A stretch of 63,609 nucleotides of DNA, the filler included, from Hyphochytrium catenoides (lineage: Eukaryota > Protista > Hyphochytriomycota), in the NCBI GenBank assembly GCA_900088475.1. It is 13 parts of 13 records of this genome, joined end to end, with 100 filler letters (N's around TTAATTAATTAA, not from the genome) between each part and the next. Parts side by side here need not be neighbours in the genome. Positions count along the whole stretch, not along the records: positions 21,930 to 27,227 come from FLMG01000949.1; positions 27,328 to 29,232 come from FLMG01002457.1; positions 29,333 to 31,729 come from FLMG01000488.1; positions 31,830 to 33,554 come from FLMG01003907.1; positions 33,655 to 35,798 come from FLMG01001608.1; 8 more parts are not named here. The stretch is one strand, 5' to 3'. The notes under the pieces were generated by a model. It did not search any database and was not told where the DNA came from. It saw only the letters and a program-made list of their open reading frames with translations. Made by a program: the position numbers and the translations under genes. Positions 22,532 through 34,188 of this stretch are shown here, piece after piece (positions within the stretch are counted from its first letter, which is position 1; each line of letters begins with the position of its first letter).

Positions 22532-25500
22532 ATGGCAGAGTCTTCATATCTCTCTCTGCGCGCGCCGCTCCTTGAGTCTCGTTCTCCAGAGAGCGGGACC
22601 CCGGTGGACGCACCATGTCAGCAGAGAAAGAGATCCTTCCGCTTATCGGGAGCATCGCTTGCACTTCTCTCCCTTCTCTCAATCTGTGGGCTTCTCCTAT
22701 CGCTTCTCTCGCTTCACCAGCGGAGCCTCTTTGACGAGAAGCTGAAGATACAGCCGGAGAGAGATTTGGTTCTTCTTTCTCCTCTTAGTAGGGGAGATCA
22801 CGATGTGGGAGATGTCACCAGAGTCCGCCTTGCCCTACAAGGAAGGAGAGAGGAAGACAGGAAGGAAGAAGAGCAAGATGATGTTACTCTTTTGGGCAAG
22901 AAGAATCGCCGTAGGCCCCATCCGACAACTCCTCCTCCTCTCTCGAGTGATTCCCTTCAAGATGTTCTCAATGGGTCTACTCCGTCTGTCTCTGCCTCTC
23001 CTGAATCACCTATGGGAAGCGAAGAACCGATGGTCTTTCCAAGACGACCTCCTTCTCTTTGTGAGCTAGGAGAGAGAAGTACGGAGGGAGAGAGAGGGGA
23101 AAAGAGAAAGAGAAGAGAGAGACCCGCATTTGTTCCTCATGTGCTGGGCGATAACCTTCTAGTGCTCGAGGTGAAGCTTTCCGCTCTAAGGAAGCCATTC
23201 ATTATAAAGTCAGAAGAGCTTAGAGCTCCAGGCCTAGAGAGGATTGCCCTAGAACTCAACCAGACACTGTCAGACAGCCTCGTCTTTTCTCTCACTCTGT
23301 CTCCTTCGAAGAAGCACCTGGATCTGATGCAAGTGCCCTATGACGTGAGAGCTAATGAGGATCAAGACTTGGAGACAGTGAGAGCGAACTCTCGCTCTGG
23401 ATGGAAGACCAGCCTCCCCATCGTAGCAATCTATCCTGGGTCTATGGGGAAGGAAAGAGTGCAAGAGCGTGGCGACTCCTCATTGGAGGACTTATTCGGA
23501 CCTCTGGGGGACGGACAGGGAAGAGAGCCCGTACGAGGAAAAGAAGAAGAAGACGAGCCTTCTGTCTATGTCAGTGCCCTTCCGCTCATCTCCGAAGGGT
23601 TCTATCAGTATGACTTTGTCGTTCTCGCAGACGCGTTCCGTGTTCTCTTCTCCCAGGAGTTTCCCTGCCATGCCTTCCCTCGGAACGCGGACATTTCTAT
23701 AGAGTACCACGTCCTCTCGCCATCTTCTCTGTCTTCATCAGGCCTACAGACGCTGGCAAAGATCCATGGGCTCAGCGCGATTGTCCGTTTCTCTCTCGCC
23801 CTTCTTCCAGATGTGCCAATGACAGGAAGAGTAGAAACGGAAGAGGTTGGCTTCTTCACCACCTCCTATAGCTCTATCGGGATAGATAGAGGCGAAAGGA
23901 GTCATCCATTTCAGCGCTTTGACCGTAAAGTCTCTCTTATTAACAGGAGAAGGCTAGAGAAGAAGGTAAAGAGAGAGTCAGGGAGAGAGAGAGAGGATGA
24001 ACAAGAGAGCGTTGATCCCATCGTTTACTACGTGGACACCTCCATCCCCAAGAGATGGAGAAATGCCGTCTGCGAGGGGATTCTCCGCTGGAACTCGGCC
24101 TTGGAACCTCTTGGCTTTCCTAACGCTCTACGGTGCTTGCAACCTGACTCTCCAGAGTTCCCTGACGATTTCCATCCGATGGATGCGCGCTACTCGACAA
24201 TTTCTTGGACGTTCGGCCCTGGATTTGCTATAGGAACGTCCTACGTGGACCCCAGGTCAGGAGAGATCCTCTCTTCTCACATCTGGATAAGCGATGCATT
24301 TGTTAGAGGCTGGGCTAAGAGTGTTGAGGCCTTTGGATTGCTGGAGGAGACAGCGGGAAAGCCGTCTGTCTCTGCTGCAGAGTGGGCCACAACCTTACTC
24401 GAAGAAGTAGACTCGGCGGAAAAAAAAGAGAGAGCAAGCCTTAGAGGAGGACATGCTGACCATGGAGACTGCCGTCATCAGGAGCTTCTTTCCTACTCAT
24501 CAGAAGCGAGCAGCTTCGCTCTTCTACAACGGATTCTTTCTTCGCTAGAAGAAGGTGAAGAGACAATCGACGGAGCGGAAGGGAGAGGAGAAGAGACTCA
24601 GGATGACGTCTCTCTTCCGTCACCTCTCTCTCTCCTGGAGAGAGTCATTGAGAGAGGAATCGCCTCCGTGGCCTGTCATGAAGCAGGTCATACTCTTGGC
24701 CTCCGCCACAACTTTAGAGGAAGTACTCAGGCCACATGGGAACAGCTAGATGACTGGGAATATCTAGAGAAACATGGGATATCGAGCTCGGTAATGGACT
24801 ACCTACCGCTTAATGTGAGGCCCAAGGGCAACAAGAGCGAGACAGAGCCAGCATCAGAGAGAAAGGATCCTCTAAAGTTCCTCTTCCAAGACACAATCGG
24901 CGACTATGACAAGCTGGCTATCTTCTATGGATATGCGCCCTTAGAGAGAGAAAAAGAGAGAACCGGGCAGAAGAGTAAGGAACTCATGGAGAGGATGAGA
25001 GAGAGAGAGCAGTTCCCGTATCAGAGTGATGAGGAAGCAGAGCTAGGAGAGAATCCTTACGTCAACATCTTTGATCTCTCCTCTTCTCCTCTTCGATTCA
25101 TAGAGAACCAGCTGCAGCTCTATCGGGAGGTAAGAGAGAGAGAGAGAGAGAACATGAAAGACGGAGATTCTTTCAAGCTCCTCTGGGAGACAGAGAAGAA
25201 AGTCTTGCTTAATATTGCGGACTTGGCAGCGATGGCAGCCAAATATATAGGAGGAGCAGATGTCTCTCGCCTGCCTAAAGGATCGCTGAAGGGAGAGGCG
25301 CCGGTATCTCTCATCGCGAGAGAAGAGCAAGAGAGAGCTTTGGAGGTCATTCTCTCATTATTAACCGAAAGAGAGAGAGTCTTCCCCGAGAGAGAGTACT
25401 GGTCTCTCTATGTGAAAGACGCGTCTGATTGCGACGACGAGGAGGGAGGGAGCTCTCCTCTCACCGATGATTGTTCCTCCACGGCCTCGGTCAATGTGGA

Positions 25501-25918
25501 AAGTGCCATCTCAGTCATCAAGAGAAAGATTCTGTCTTCTCTCTTCTCTCTCTCTCGGCTACAAAGACTGGAGAACCAGGGAGAGAGTGCTCCTCTGTCT
25601 CTTGAAGAGATCTTTGACCGTGTGCTCAAGGCAATCTGGGAAGGAAAGACTCTTGCAGTGTCTTCTCCTACGCATTGGGCTGTGCAAGATCATTATCTCG
25701 GGCTCATGTCTTCTCTCTCTCATCAGAGAGATAAGCTTCTTCTCTCTAGCGCTCTGGCCACGGAGAGCTTGGAGCGGGTGCGAGAGCTCTCTTCTTTCGC
25801 AATGAGGAATGCAACTTCCGCAGCTGTCCGCGGGCACCTGCGGCAAGTGGTTGCCAATATTACGCGCGGCGGGAGAAGAGGAAACATAGGAAGTGACGGA
25901 GAGAAGAGCTTTGCATGA
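22532..25918 (+). CDS. Intronless zinc metalloprotease of the bacterial DUF5117 + DUF4953/EcxA (Met-zincin) type with N-terminal TM anchor
   Basis: 1128-aa ORF. Motifs: VRFSLALLPDVPMTGR...VGFFTTSY; PIVYYVDTSIPKRWRNAVCEGILRWN; DARYSTISW; VDPRSGEIL; zinc motif HEAGHTLGLRHNF (~24677); Met-turn SSSVMDY; GDYDKLAIFYGY. Hydrophobic segment at aa ~40-62. Confidence 0.9.
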   Translation: MAESSYLSLRAPLLESRSPESGTPVDAPCQQRKRSFRLSGASLALLSLLSICGLLLSLLSLHQRSLFDEKLKIQPERDLVLLSPLSRGDHDVGDVTRVRLALQGRREEDRKEEEQDDVTLLGKKNRRRPHPTTPPPLSSDSLQDVLNGSTPSVSASPESPMGSEEPMVFPRRPPSLCELGERSTEGERGEKRKRRERPAFVPHVLGDNLLVLEVKLSALRKPFIIKSEELRAPGLERIALELNQTLSDSLVFSLTLSPSKKHLDLMQVPYDVRANEDQDLETVRANSRSGWKTSLPIVAIYPGSMGKERVQERGDSSLEDLFGPLGDGQGREPVRGKEEEDEPSVYVSALPLISEGFYQYDFVVLADAFRVLFSQEFPCHAFPRNADISIEYHVLSPSSLSSSGLQTLAKIHGLSAIVRFSLALLPDVPMTGRVETEEVGFFTTSYSSIGIDRGERSHPFQRFDRKVSLINRRRLEKKVKRESGREREDEQESVDPIVYYVDTSIPKRWRNAVCEGILRWNSALEPLGFPNALRCLQPDSPEFPDDFHPMDARYSTISWTFGPGFAIGTSYVDPRSGEILSSHIWISDAFVRGWAKSVEAFGLLEETAGKPSVSAAEWATTLLEEVDSAEKKERASLRGGHADHGDCRHQELLSYSSEASSFALLQRILSSLEEGEETIDGAEGRGEETQDDVSLPSPLSLLERVIERGIASVACHEAGHTLGLRHNFRGSTQATWEQLDDWEYLEKHGISSSVMDYLPLNVRPKGNKSETEPASERKDPLKFLFQDTIGDYDKLAIFYGYAPLEREKERTGQKSKELMERMREREQFPYQSDEEAELGENPYVNIFDLSSSPLRFIENQLQLYREVRERERENMKDGDSFKLLWETEKKVLLNIADLAAMAAKYIGGADVSRLPKGSLKGEAPVSLIAREEQERALEVILSLLTERERVFPEREYWSLYVKDASDCDDEEGGSSPLTDDCSSTASVNVESAISVIKRKILSSLFSLSRLQRLENQGESAPLSLEEIFDRVLKAIWEGKTLAVSSPTHWAVQDHYLGLMSSLSHQRDKLLLSSALATESLERVRELSSFAMRNATSAAVRGHLRQVVANITRGGRRGNIGSDGEKSFA

Positions 25919-26179
25919 CGGGCCTGCATTTATTTGGAGGAGGGGAAGAGAAAGGAGAGAGAGAGAGAGAGAGAGAAAAGGAGTGGAAGAAGCTAGATGG
26001 AGATGTTGAGGACGTGCCTCAGGCTTCCAAAGCCTCTCGAATCTATCCGCCTACTCTTCTGTCTTTTGGGAGTCTTTAGTTGATGAACATAAGAAGTGGA
26101 CTATCATAATCTGTGAAGGACTGTCTCTCTTTCTTTCTCTCTCTCTCTTCTCTCTTTCTCTTCTCTCTCTCCTCTCTTT

Positions 26180-26214
<35 letters not shown>

Positions 26215-28453
26215 GCTCTAGCTGCTCCCTGATCACTGGATCCTCTCGCTCTGGTTCCTTTCTTCTCTAGCGTTTCTGCAGCAGACCCACGTACGCTGCA
26301 GGGATATATAGATATAACGGCCGGAGAGAGGCTTCTTAACGAGGGTGCCAGAAAGTGAGAGACGGGGAGAGGAAGAGAGAGAGAGAAGAGAGAAAGCAAG
26401 AGAGAGAGAGAGAGGGGAACAGCGAGAGGAGAGAGAGAGAGACATCAGAATCGCCAAAAAGGTGCAGCTTCAACTGCACCTACGGAATTATTCATAATTA
26501 GTTGTGTTACCTAAGGCTTCATTCTCGAGCAAATGAACCTTTCTTCGGAATGAAGGCCAGTGTCTTCTTTACGTGACCAGAGTTGATGGGAAAGGCTCAA
26601 GATCGAAGCTTTTGGAAGATTTTTCAACCAGAAGAAGGAGAGACAGCGAAGAGAAGAGAGGACGACAGAGAAAGAGAGGCTTCAAACCTCACTGGGAGAG
26701 AAAGAGAGAGAGAGAGAGAAGAGCTGCCAAGACAGGGAAAGGCGCGGGAGAGACGGACAGGAAGTGGAGTTGGAAGCAGGACCCTGGAGGGAAGAGCAGA
26801 GGAGAGAGAGCAGGAGCAGGCTTCAGATTGTCTGTCTAGTTGAGACCGCGGCAGGTGGACGCAGAAGCAGAAAGGCACAAGACAGTTAGAAGGAAGGAGA
26901 GCTCAAGAGAGATATGGGAACTTTCAAGTCATCTGAAGAACTGCGCTTCATCTCGCGCAGGTCACCGGTCAGTGGGATCCCTTTCAGTCTGTTCTGCTCT
27001 GCCTGTCTATCCCTCTGTCTCTCTTCTATTCTCTGCTTCGTGGCACCTGACTAGCTAACGGGTACGCCTCCAACCGCACATCGTCTGTTTGCTGACCCGC
27101 TTGCGCCGCCTGCTCTGTACTCTCACTCTCAACCCTTCTAAGCTTTTTCTCTCTCACTCTCTCCCTTTCTTTCTCTCTCTCTCTCTCTCTCACTCTCTCT
27201 CTCCCTTTCTTTCTCTCTCTCTCTCTCNNNNNNNNNNNNNNNNNNNNNNNNNNNNNNNNNNNNNNNNNNNNTTAATTAATTAANNNNNNNNNNNNNNNNN
27301 NNNNNNNNNNNNNNNNNNNNNNNNNNNACCGCAAGTGCAGTTCTCCCTTTGCTTACAAGCAGATGGACGGCCGTGACGATTGAGCACGTCGTTTCTGCGC
27401 AGTGCCAACTCCGGCAACGGGCTCACATCTGCCATGTTTCCTGCTTGCGTGCCAGTGAGGGCCTTCGCTATATTTATTCGTTCCCATATTATTTATGCTT
27501 CTCGTTAGGTCTCAGTGTCTGTCCATGATGATGAGGAGGCGACTTCTATTCTGAAGCCCAGCTCTTTGCGTTGTACCAGCGCGCGGCCTCGTGCAAGCTC
27601 TTCCATTGTCTTCGCTCCGTCCATGCGGAGAAGGTTTTATTAGGCTCCTGACCTATCATCTTTCTCAATAAAGTGTACGACGCGGCGCCGTCAAAAGGAA
27701 TGTCGCCTTTCCTCTTCCGTAGATCTAGGGCAAGCCGTCTGTCCACGTAGCAAGGCCACGCCAAGCTGCATGGCGATGCGCCGTTGACTCAGTATGAGAA
27801 GCCTCTTCTTAGAAGCCATTGTCCGGCACTTTTGTTAGCTCACCCGCCTGAATAGCTAGCAAGACAAACGTCTCTCTCTCTCTTTCACATTCTGCTTATT
27901 ATTATGGTTCCGTAAGATGGCGGCGCTCTTCTCCGCCTTCTGACAGGAACACAGCGTCTGCAGATCCTCTGACCATCCGATCTCTTTCCATCATGGAGCC
28001 GACGAGACATGTTCATCTGCTCGCTGGCTTGCCCTGAGATAATTCGAAGCAAAGAGAGGACTGAACAGCATTGCGATGACCTGAGTTTCCTGCGTGGAAG
28101 ACTGAAGCATGAGCCCACGGTCATCATGAAACTCTCCTCCTACTGATGGAGCCCAAGTGCGTCCCGTCCTATCAACGGCCCGCTCGCCCGAGCAGCTCTG
28201 CGGCTAGCGAGTGAGACATTTGACCCAGAGACAGCGAGGCAGCAGGAACAATTTGAAGAAAAGAAGTCGCTGACCGCTATTGAAGACGCTTTGGCGACAG
28301 CAGTGCTCGGAGAGTCAGACCGACATCTGGCATTCGAAGACAGGAGTCAATGCTTCTGTAGAGGTGATGAAGGCAAAGAGCCTTTGAGCTGGAAAGGAGG
28401 AACATCCTCAAAATCAGACACAAGCATAAGGGCTGAGAGGGATGAGGATAAGA

Positions 28454-28508
<55 letters not shown>

Positions 28509-31500
28509 GCCTTCCGTCGTCGACACTCTTCTCTAATTTCCCATCATAGTGAAACGCCGCGGAACGACTGTTTTCCATCCTTCAGACACACCATCGAGCT
28601 CATAGTCTCCTTTTCCTTTCTTCCCCTGAGAGTGTTTCTCTCTTCCTCAGCTCCCAGCCCCGCGCCACACTTTCACGAGAGAGAGAGACACCGAAACTTC
28701 TCTCTCTCCTTGCCCTGTGTTTATCCCCACAAATGCAAGCGCCGCCGCCCTCACCCGTGGCCATGAGCTCTCTGTCCAGCCCATCACCAGGCAGAAAAGC
28801 GTGACCCAAACCCAGCGGAGAAAGGTGGAAGAGCTTGCTGAAAGGAGAAAGTTGGGAAAGGAGAGAGATGATCACGGTCCGTCCTGCTGGGAGGAATTGT
28901 CACGAGAGAGAGAGAAGAGTCGCCTCTTCTGGCAAAAGAAGAAGAGAGATAGGGAGAGAAATTGCTCACTTTAAGGAGAGACATGAAAGGATATAAAGTT
29001 CTTCCAGGTTTTCCTAGCATGTTTCCATGATTGGCGGGAGAGAGAGAAAAGAGAATACGAGAGAGAGTCGAGTGAAGCGCCTCTCCTCTTTATTGAATCT
29101 TTTTACTCAGAGCTTGGAGAGAGACAGTGGGAGAGAAGCGAGTATGTCTGGGGGCGGCTGGTAGGTGTCAGAGAGAGAAGAGAAGATGAGAGCTTGGTAG
29201 ACATCCAGCGCGCTTCCTCTGCGAGCCAGAGGNNNNNNNNNNNNNNNNNNNNNNNNNNNNNNNNNNNNNNNNNNNNTTAATTAATTAANNNNNNNNNNNN
29301 NNNNNNNNNNNNNNNNNNNNNNNNNNNNNNNNCTTCGTCCTGTTCCAGAAGCTTGCCACGCGGCAGTGCCGTGGCGTACTATTGATTTACCTCTACATAC
29401 TAGGGCCTAACTGAAACTTAGCGTATTATTACCTCTATTTTTGTGGAGAGATGCTTTTGCTGTGAATGTGCGTTGTTGTAGTATTGAGATGTACTCTTCC
29501 AGAAGATCATCGTCTTTTCTCTTGCTTGTTGGAGAGGAGTTGCCTCCTTTATTTACTTGTTGGAAGAAGGAGGCTTTATTTATTTAGTTGGATGCCTTCT
29601 TCGATCTTCATATTATTATTGGGTCCTTATTATTATTAGGAGCACACTGGCTTGGCGTGACGACGATGCGACTAATAAACGCGCAGCAGCGAGGTCTCTT
29701 TTTCCGAGAAGAAGGATGATGAAGAAAGAGAAAGATTGAGAAGAAGAAGATAAGGTCGGAACTTATTATTATGTAGTGTTTGGAGTGTCACTTCTCTTCA
29801 AGTGGCAGCCTAGCAACAAGCAACAAGCACATGGTGATGACCCAGACCGACTACTACTAGCTACTACTGCCTTCTTCATGGGCAGGAGGACAAGTGGTGA
29901 ACAAGGTGGCGTGGCGGACTTCCCAAGGCGTCGGCGTCAATCAGTGTAACAACCTCGCTGGAGGCTTCATTCATTCTTCACCACCATAAGCAGCCAACCA
30001 AAAAAAAAGGTATGTAAGAAGAGATCTTCATAGAACTTTTGATGATGTATGTTCGTTGAAAAGAGAAAAGAGGCAACAACAACGCATCTCCTCAGGCCTA
30101 TGCTGTCTTATCCACCCTATGTTGTTGATGGCCACCGGCTGGTGTGGACTAGGAGGCAACACCGCTGCTCACGGCAAGAAGAAGAACAACAAGAAGAGGA
30201 AGAAACAAACAAGGTCATCGCCTCCTTAATGCGCTTTTTGTTGTTGGAGGATTGAAGGGATAATAGAGTTGCTGTATGTGGATGCTGCTCTCCCTACTAG
30301 TAGTAATAACGAGATTATGGGTCGTAGGAGGTAAGTAGAAGGGGTGAGTCCTGTCGCTGTTATCGCATCATGCTTATCCTCGTCATCACTACTAACTTTT
30401 CTAGTAATTTTATGGAGAGGTCAGTCAGTCCTTTTGATCCCGTTCGGTACTTCTATCTAATTATTGTTCGCAACAATAACTCTAACCATAAGCTAAGCAG
30501 CGCGGTGGCGGACGGTTTCCTGTTGTTGGGTTTTCACCACTTATCTAAAGGTGTAGGCTGCTGATGAGCACCTTCTTTTTCCACTTAGATTTTGTTGACG
30601 GCATCCTACCACCACCAGCAGCGACGGCTGATGACTATGCCGCCCGCATGATGATGACCTTCTTTCTCTCTTCATAATGTCGGAGGTGCTGGATAGTGGA
30701 GGAGGTCCGTCCGTTACCCTGCTATCCTAATGGAATGAGCCATGTGCGGTGGTGGTGGTGGCAGAGTTTTACCTCTGGCCTCTTCTTCTCCTTTGACAAC
30801 AACAATAGTAGTAGGTGACCACAATAACGTTGCATGTATAAAAGAGCGTCCTATCTTAGCAAGGCGGTATTTTTTGTTAATCATAATGATGCCGCCGCCA
30901 TCACCAGCATGATGTTACACAGACGGCTCTTACTTCTAAAAGAGAAGAAGTGATGATCATCAGGCAGGAGTGAGATCCGTAACAGATTGTCCTAACTTTA
31001 TACGGTGAGCCAACCAACTGGGGAACTTCTTACAAGAAGAAGACGAAGATCATACTCTACGAGTATAAGAAAGTAATGTAGACGATGATGGCTGGGGGAA
31101 CAGTTGTTGTATGCAAGGCACTTTAGTAACCTTACCTAGTAAGGCCCTATACTTAGTGACCTCTGTAATGTAATCACAGTTTTACTTGAAAAGGAGGAGA
31201 GAAAAGGTTGTGGCAATGGTGGTGAGGTACGACAAAGAGAAAATTGACGGACGATAACCAGCAGCGGCCACCTTCACGGAAAACTCTGAGCAAATGCTGT
31301 GTTGGGTTGAAGTCTAGGGAGTTGGCGGAGGGGAGGTCTGGGGATATGATAGGGTTGAAGACAAGGGCTCAAACAGAAAAATCTAGGCAAAGTTGTGCTG
31401 GTAGGTGGTTGTGCTGGATTGTCATCAGCAGCGGAGGACAGTCGTCGCCGCCACCCACCACTGGATCTTTGTTCTTCTTCGTTGTTAGTTTATTCATGCA

Positions 31501-33813
31501 GAAAGCAAGGATGATGATAATGGATGAACAAGGTTGCTCTGCTGCGCCTTCTGCTACCTCCTCCGCATGGCAACGCATCATCAAGTAGATAGAAGAAGAA
31601 GTACTATTCCTAGTGTTGTGTTGTTGTTGGTGCTGCCCTTTCTCCGCTGCGGCTTGTTGTTGTTGTGGCAGCAGCAAGAAGAAGAGAAGTTCCGTCGTCA
31701 GGATATCTTCCCTCGCTCGTGGTGGTGGCNNNNNNNNNNNNNNNNNNNNNNNNNNNNNNNNNNNNNNNNNNNNTTAATTAATTAANNNNNNNNNNNNNNN
31801 NNNNNNNNNNNNNNNNNNNNNNNNNNNNNATTTCAGGCCATGAGCCCACAACTCTTCTACTATAAGCCATCGGGTTCCGATTGATAGCGTTATCCTTGCA
31901 CTCTTTATATGAGCCACACTGCTGATAGTGCGGCGAGGTGGCGCGGGATGGATCACACATAGATTCTGACCGACTCCTCTGTTGCATAAAGCAGTGATAA
32001 AGCCTCTAAAACAGGTTTCTCGAGAACTCGCGAGTACCAGTAGCGAAGGCTATCTGCGGCAATCAGAGCTCTGAGGTGTTTGTCAATATATAAGATCCTC
32101 TCATCATCAAGTAAGCTCCTTCTGAGCTCCATCTCTTCTTGTTTGCATCTTGGTCATCTCACCTTCTCGTCCTCTCCCTCGCTCCCTTCTCTTTTTTTTG
32201 CTCTCCTCCTCCCCTCTCTGGCCATCTTCTTCCTCCTTGCTCGCTTTCTCTCTCCGGACCTCTTTCGCTTTCCTTTCCTCCTCCCTCGATCCTCTCGTCT
32301 CCTCCTCTTCCGTCCCTCTTGCGCTCTCAGTGTCCTGTTCTCCTGTTCTCTCTCTTCCCCTCTCTTTCTCTCTCTCAGGCTGATCTTCGGCCTGTCACAT
32401 CATCCCCCTACTCTATCTGTTGCCTGTTTTATGACGACGACATCCGGCGCTCTTCAAATACATTGCAGTTATAAGGACATCAAGTAAGTTCATGGGATTT
32501 GATGGCCTTGCCACCGTCTGCATTGATTGAGGTTCGCATTATGATAGTGGACGAGAAGGAGAGTCAGCTGAAGAGACTAAGACTTTGTAGCTCTTGTCTC
32601 TTCTTCGGTTTATATCCTTCTTCTTCTTTTGTCCTTCTACCTTTAGTTATCAGTAGTATTATTCTTACCATTAGTATCAAGTATGAGGTTCCTTGTAAAG
32701 CTGTTAGGCTGCAGTAGGCAACTGCTGAGGGGTGGAGGTAAAACGTAGGAGACTGACGGACAAGCGGCCATTCAAAAGGAATTTGCACGTTTAGATCCTG
32801 AAGCGGATTTCTCAAACTGTTCTTCCTCAGTGGTTGGATCGTTCTCTCCCTCTCCTAGCAAAGGGTTGTACAAGTAGTGGCGGAGTGGTGGTCTTGGTAG
32901 GTCTTCTCGTCTTCCCTATTTCCCCCTTATTTTCCATGACTGTTGATGTCGATAGAGGGAAGAGAGCGAAGTGTCTAACCCTTCGTAGCTCCTCTCTGCT
33001 CTTTCCTTTACACCTTCGTTCTTCTTCCTCTTCATTCTCTTCTGGCTGCGTGGTAAACAGAATGTCATACAGTTGATCTGCCTCGTCTTAGGCATCAACG
33101 ATCATACAAAGAGTACGGACTATCATAACTACACAGTGCAGCTCGAGGGTTCTACTTGTAACCCTAAGAAAAGGACGCCTCGAAGTGGTTTGCCGTATGT
33201 GACTGTGTGACTGCCCGCTGAACAACGCTAGGTGAGCAAGTGATTGGACACAGAGAGACGTGCAGTAACGGATCCATCGCAACGTGATGAGTAGTGGAGC
33301 CGTCCTCCGTTTTTACTGGTCGCTGGAGAGGCTGAGAGAGGCCGAGACATGCTTATAAAAAGTTTAGACACAGAGAATTGACGAGAGAACAGGTTAGTTG
33401 ACGGCAGTACCAAGTACTTGGTTCATGTTGGGTGAGACGTTCGACTATTACCTGCAACAGCAGGAAAGAAGGAAGAGACAGAGGTAGAGCTAAAGTAATC
33501 AACACTCCGGAGTACAGTCCTAGGTTGATGATGACAACGTGGGAGTAGTTCTACNNNNNNNNNNNNNNNNNNNNNNNNNNNNNNNNNNNNNNNNNNNNTT
33601 AATTAATTAANNNNNNNNNNNNNNNNNNNNNNNNNNNNNNNNNNNNNNNNNNNNATGTCCTATCCCTCACACAACACGCCACGCCCGAACGATGACACTA
33701 TAGAATTGCCCTGGTGGTCAGAACCACGGTCCCCTCTGGTTCCTGTAGTCCAGAGGTTGCCCAAGAAGGAACAGTTGACTTCATGGATTCTCTCCCCTCT
33801 TCGATATTTGAGG

Positions 33814-34188
33814 TTACCGCTCCTCCATTTCCGAGAGAGTGTGGATGGCTACTCCGTAGACAGTGACGATGACGTGCATGTTACTGTTCTGCCACGGAAC
33901 TTTGCACATTCCATCCGTTGCGCCATCCCAGTACTGGGTGGAAGCTGTGCAAAGCCCGGCCCCAGTCTTTTGCATGATGATGCAGGTCGCCACGTACTTG
34001 TATGGCTTGTTGAAGTCTTGGAGCCCCTTAAGCACCGACGCGATTATGGTGTCTGCCCAATCATTCACCTTCTTGGAGTTATAGACGGCGCTTTGTACAG
34101 ACGACTCTATGGAAGTCTTAACAATTGTCTCCACATCCTCCACCGAGAAGGTGAGGTCGCTAATCTGGTAATCATGGTGATCTGTCAT
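33814..34188 (-). CDS. DYNLT1: Dynein light chain Tctex-1 family, intronless (~124 aa)
   Basis: FSVEDVETIVKTSIES...YNSKKVNDWADTII...NKPYKYVATCIIMQKTGAGLCTASTQYWDGATDG...WQNSNMHVIVTVYGVAI. The first in-frame ATG is at 34188; the track start at 34197 is a TTG. Confidence 0.95.
   Translation of the reverse strand: MTDHHDYQISDLTFSVEDVETIVKTSIESSVQSAVYNSKKVNDWADTIIASVLKGLQDFNKPYKYVATCIIMQKTGAGLCTASTQYWDGATDGMCKVPWQNSNMHVIVTVYGVAIHTLSEMEER

Noticed and set aside
26051-29232. Short ORFs on both strands, including 27546-27764
   Set aside because: I could not build a phase-consistent exon chain or recognise any domain.
29333-31729. Contig rich in trinucleotide runs as a possible transposon or viral insert
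   Set aside because: No RT, integrase, transposase or capsid motifs, and no terminal repeats are visible.
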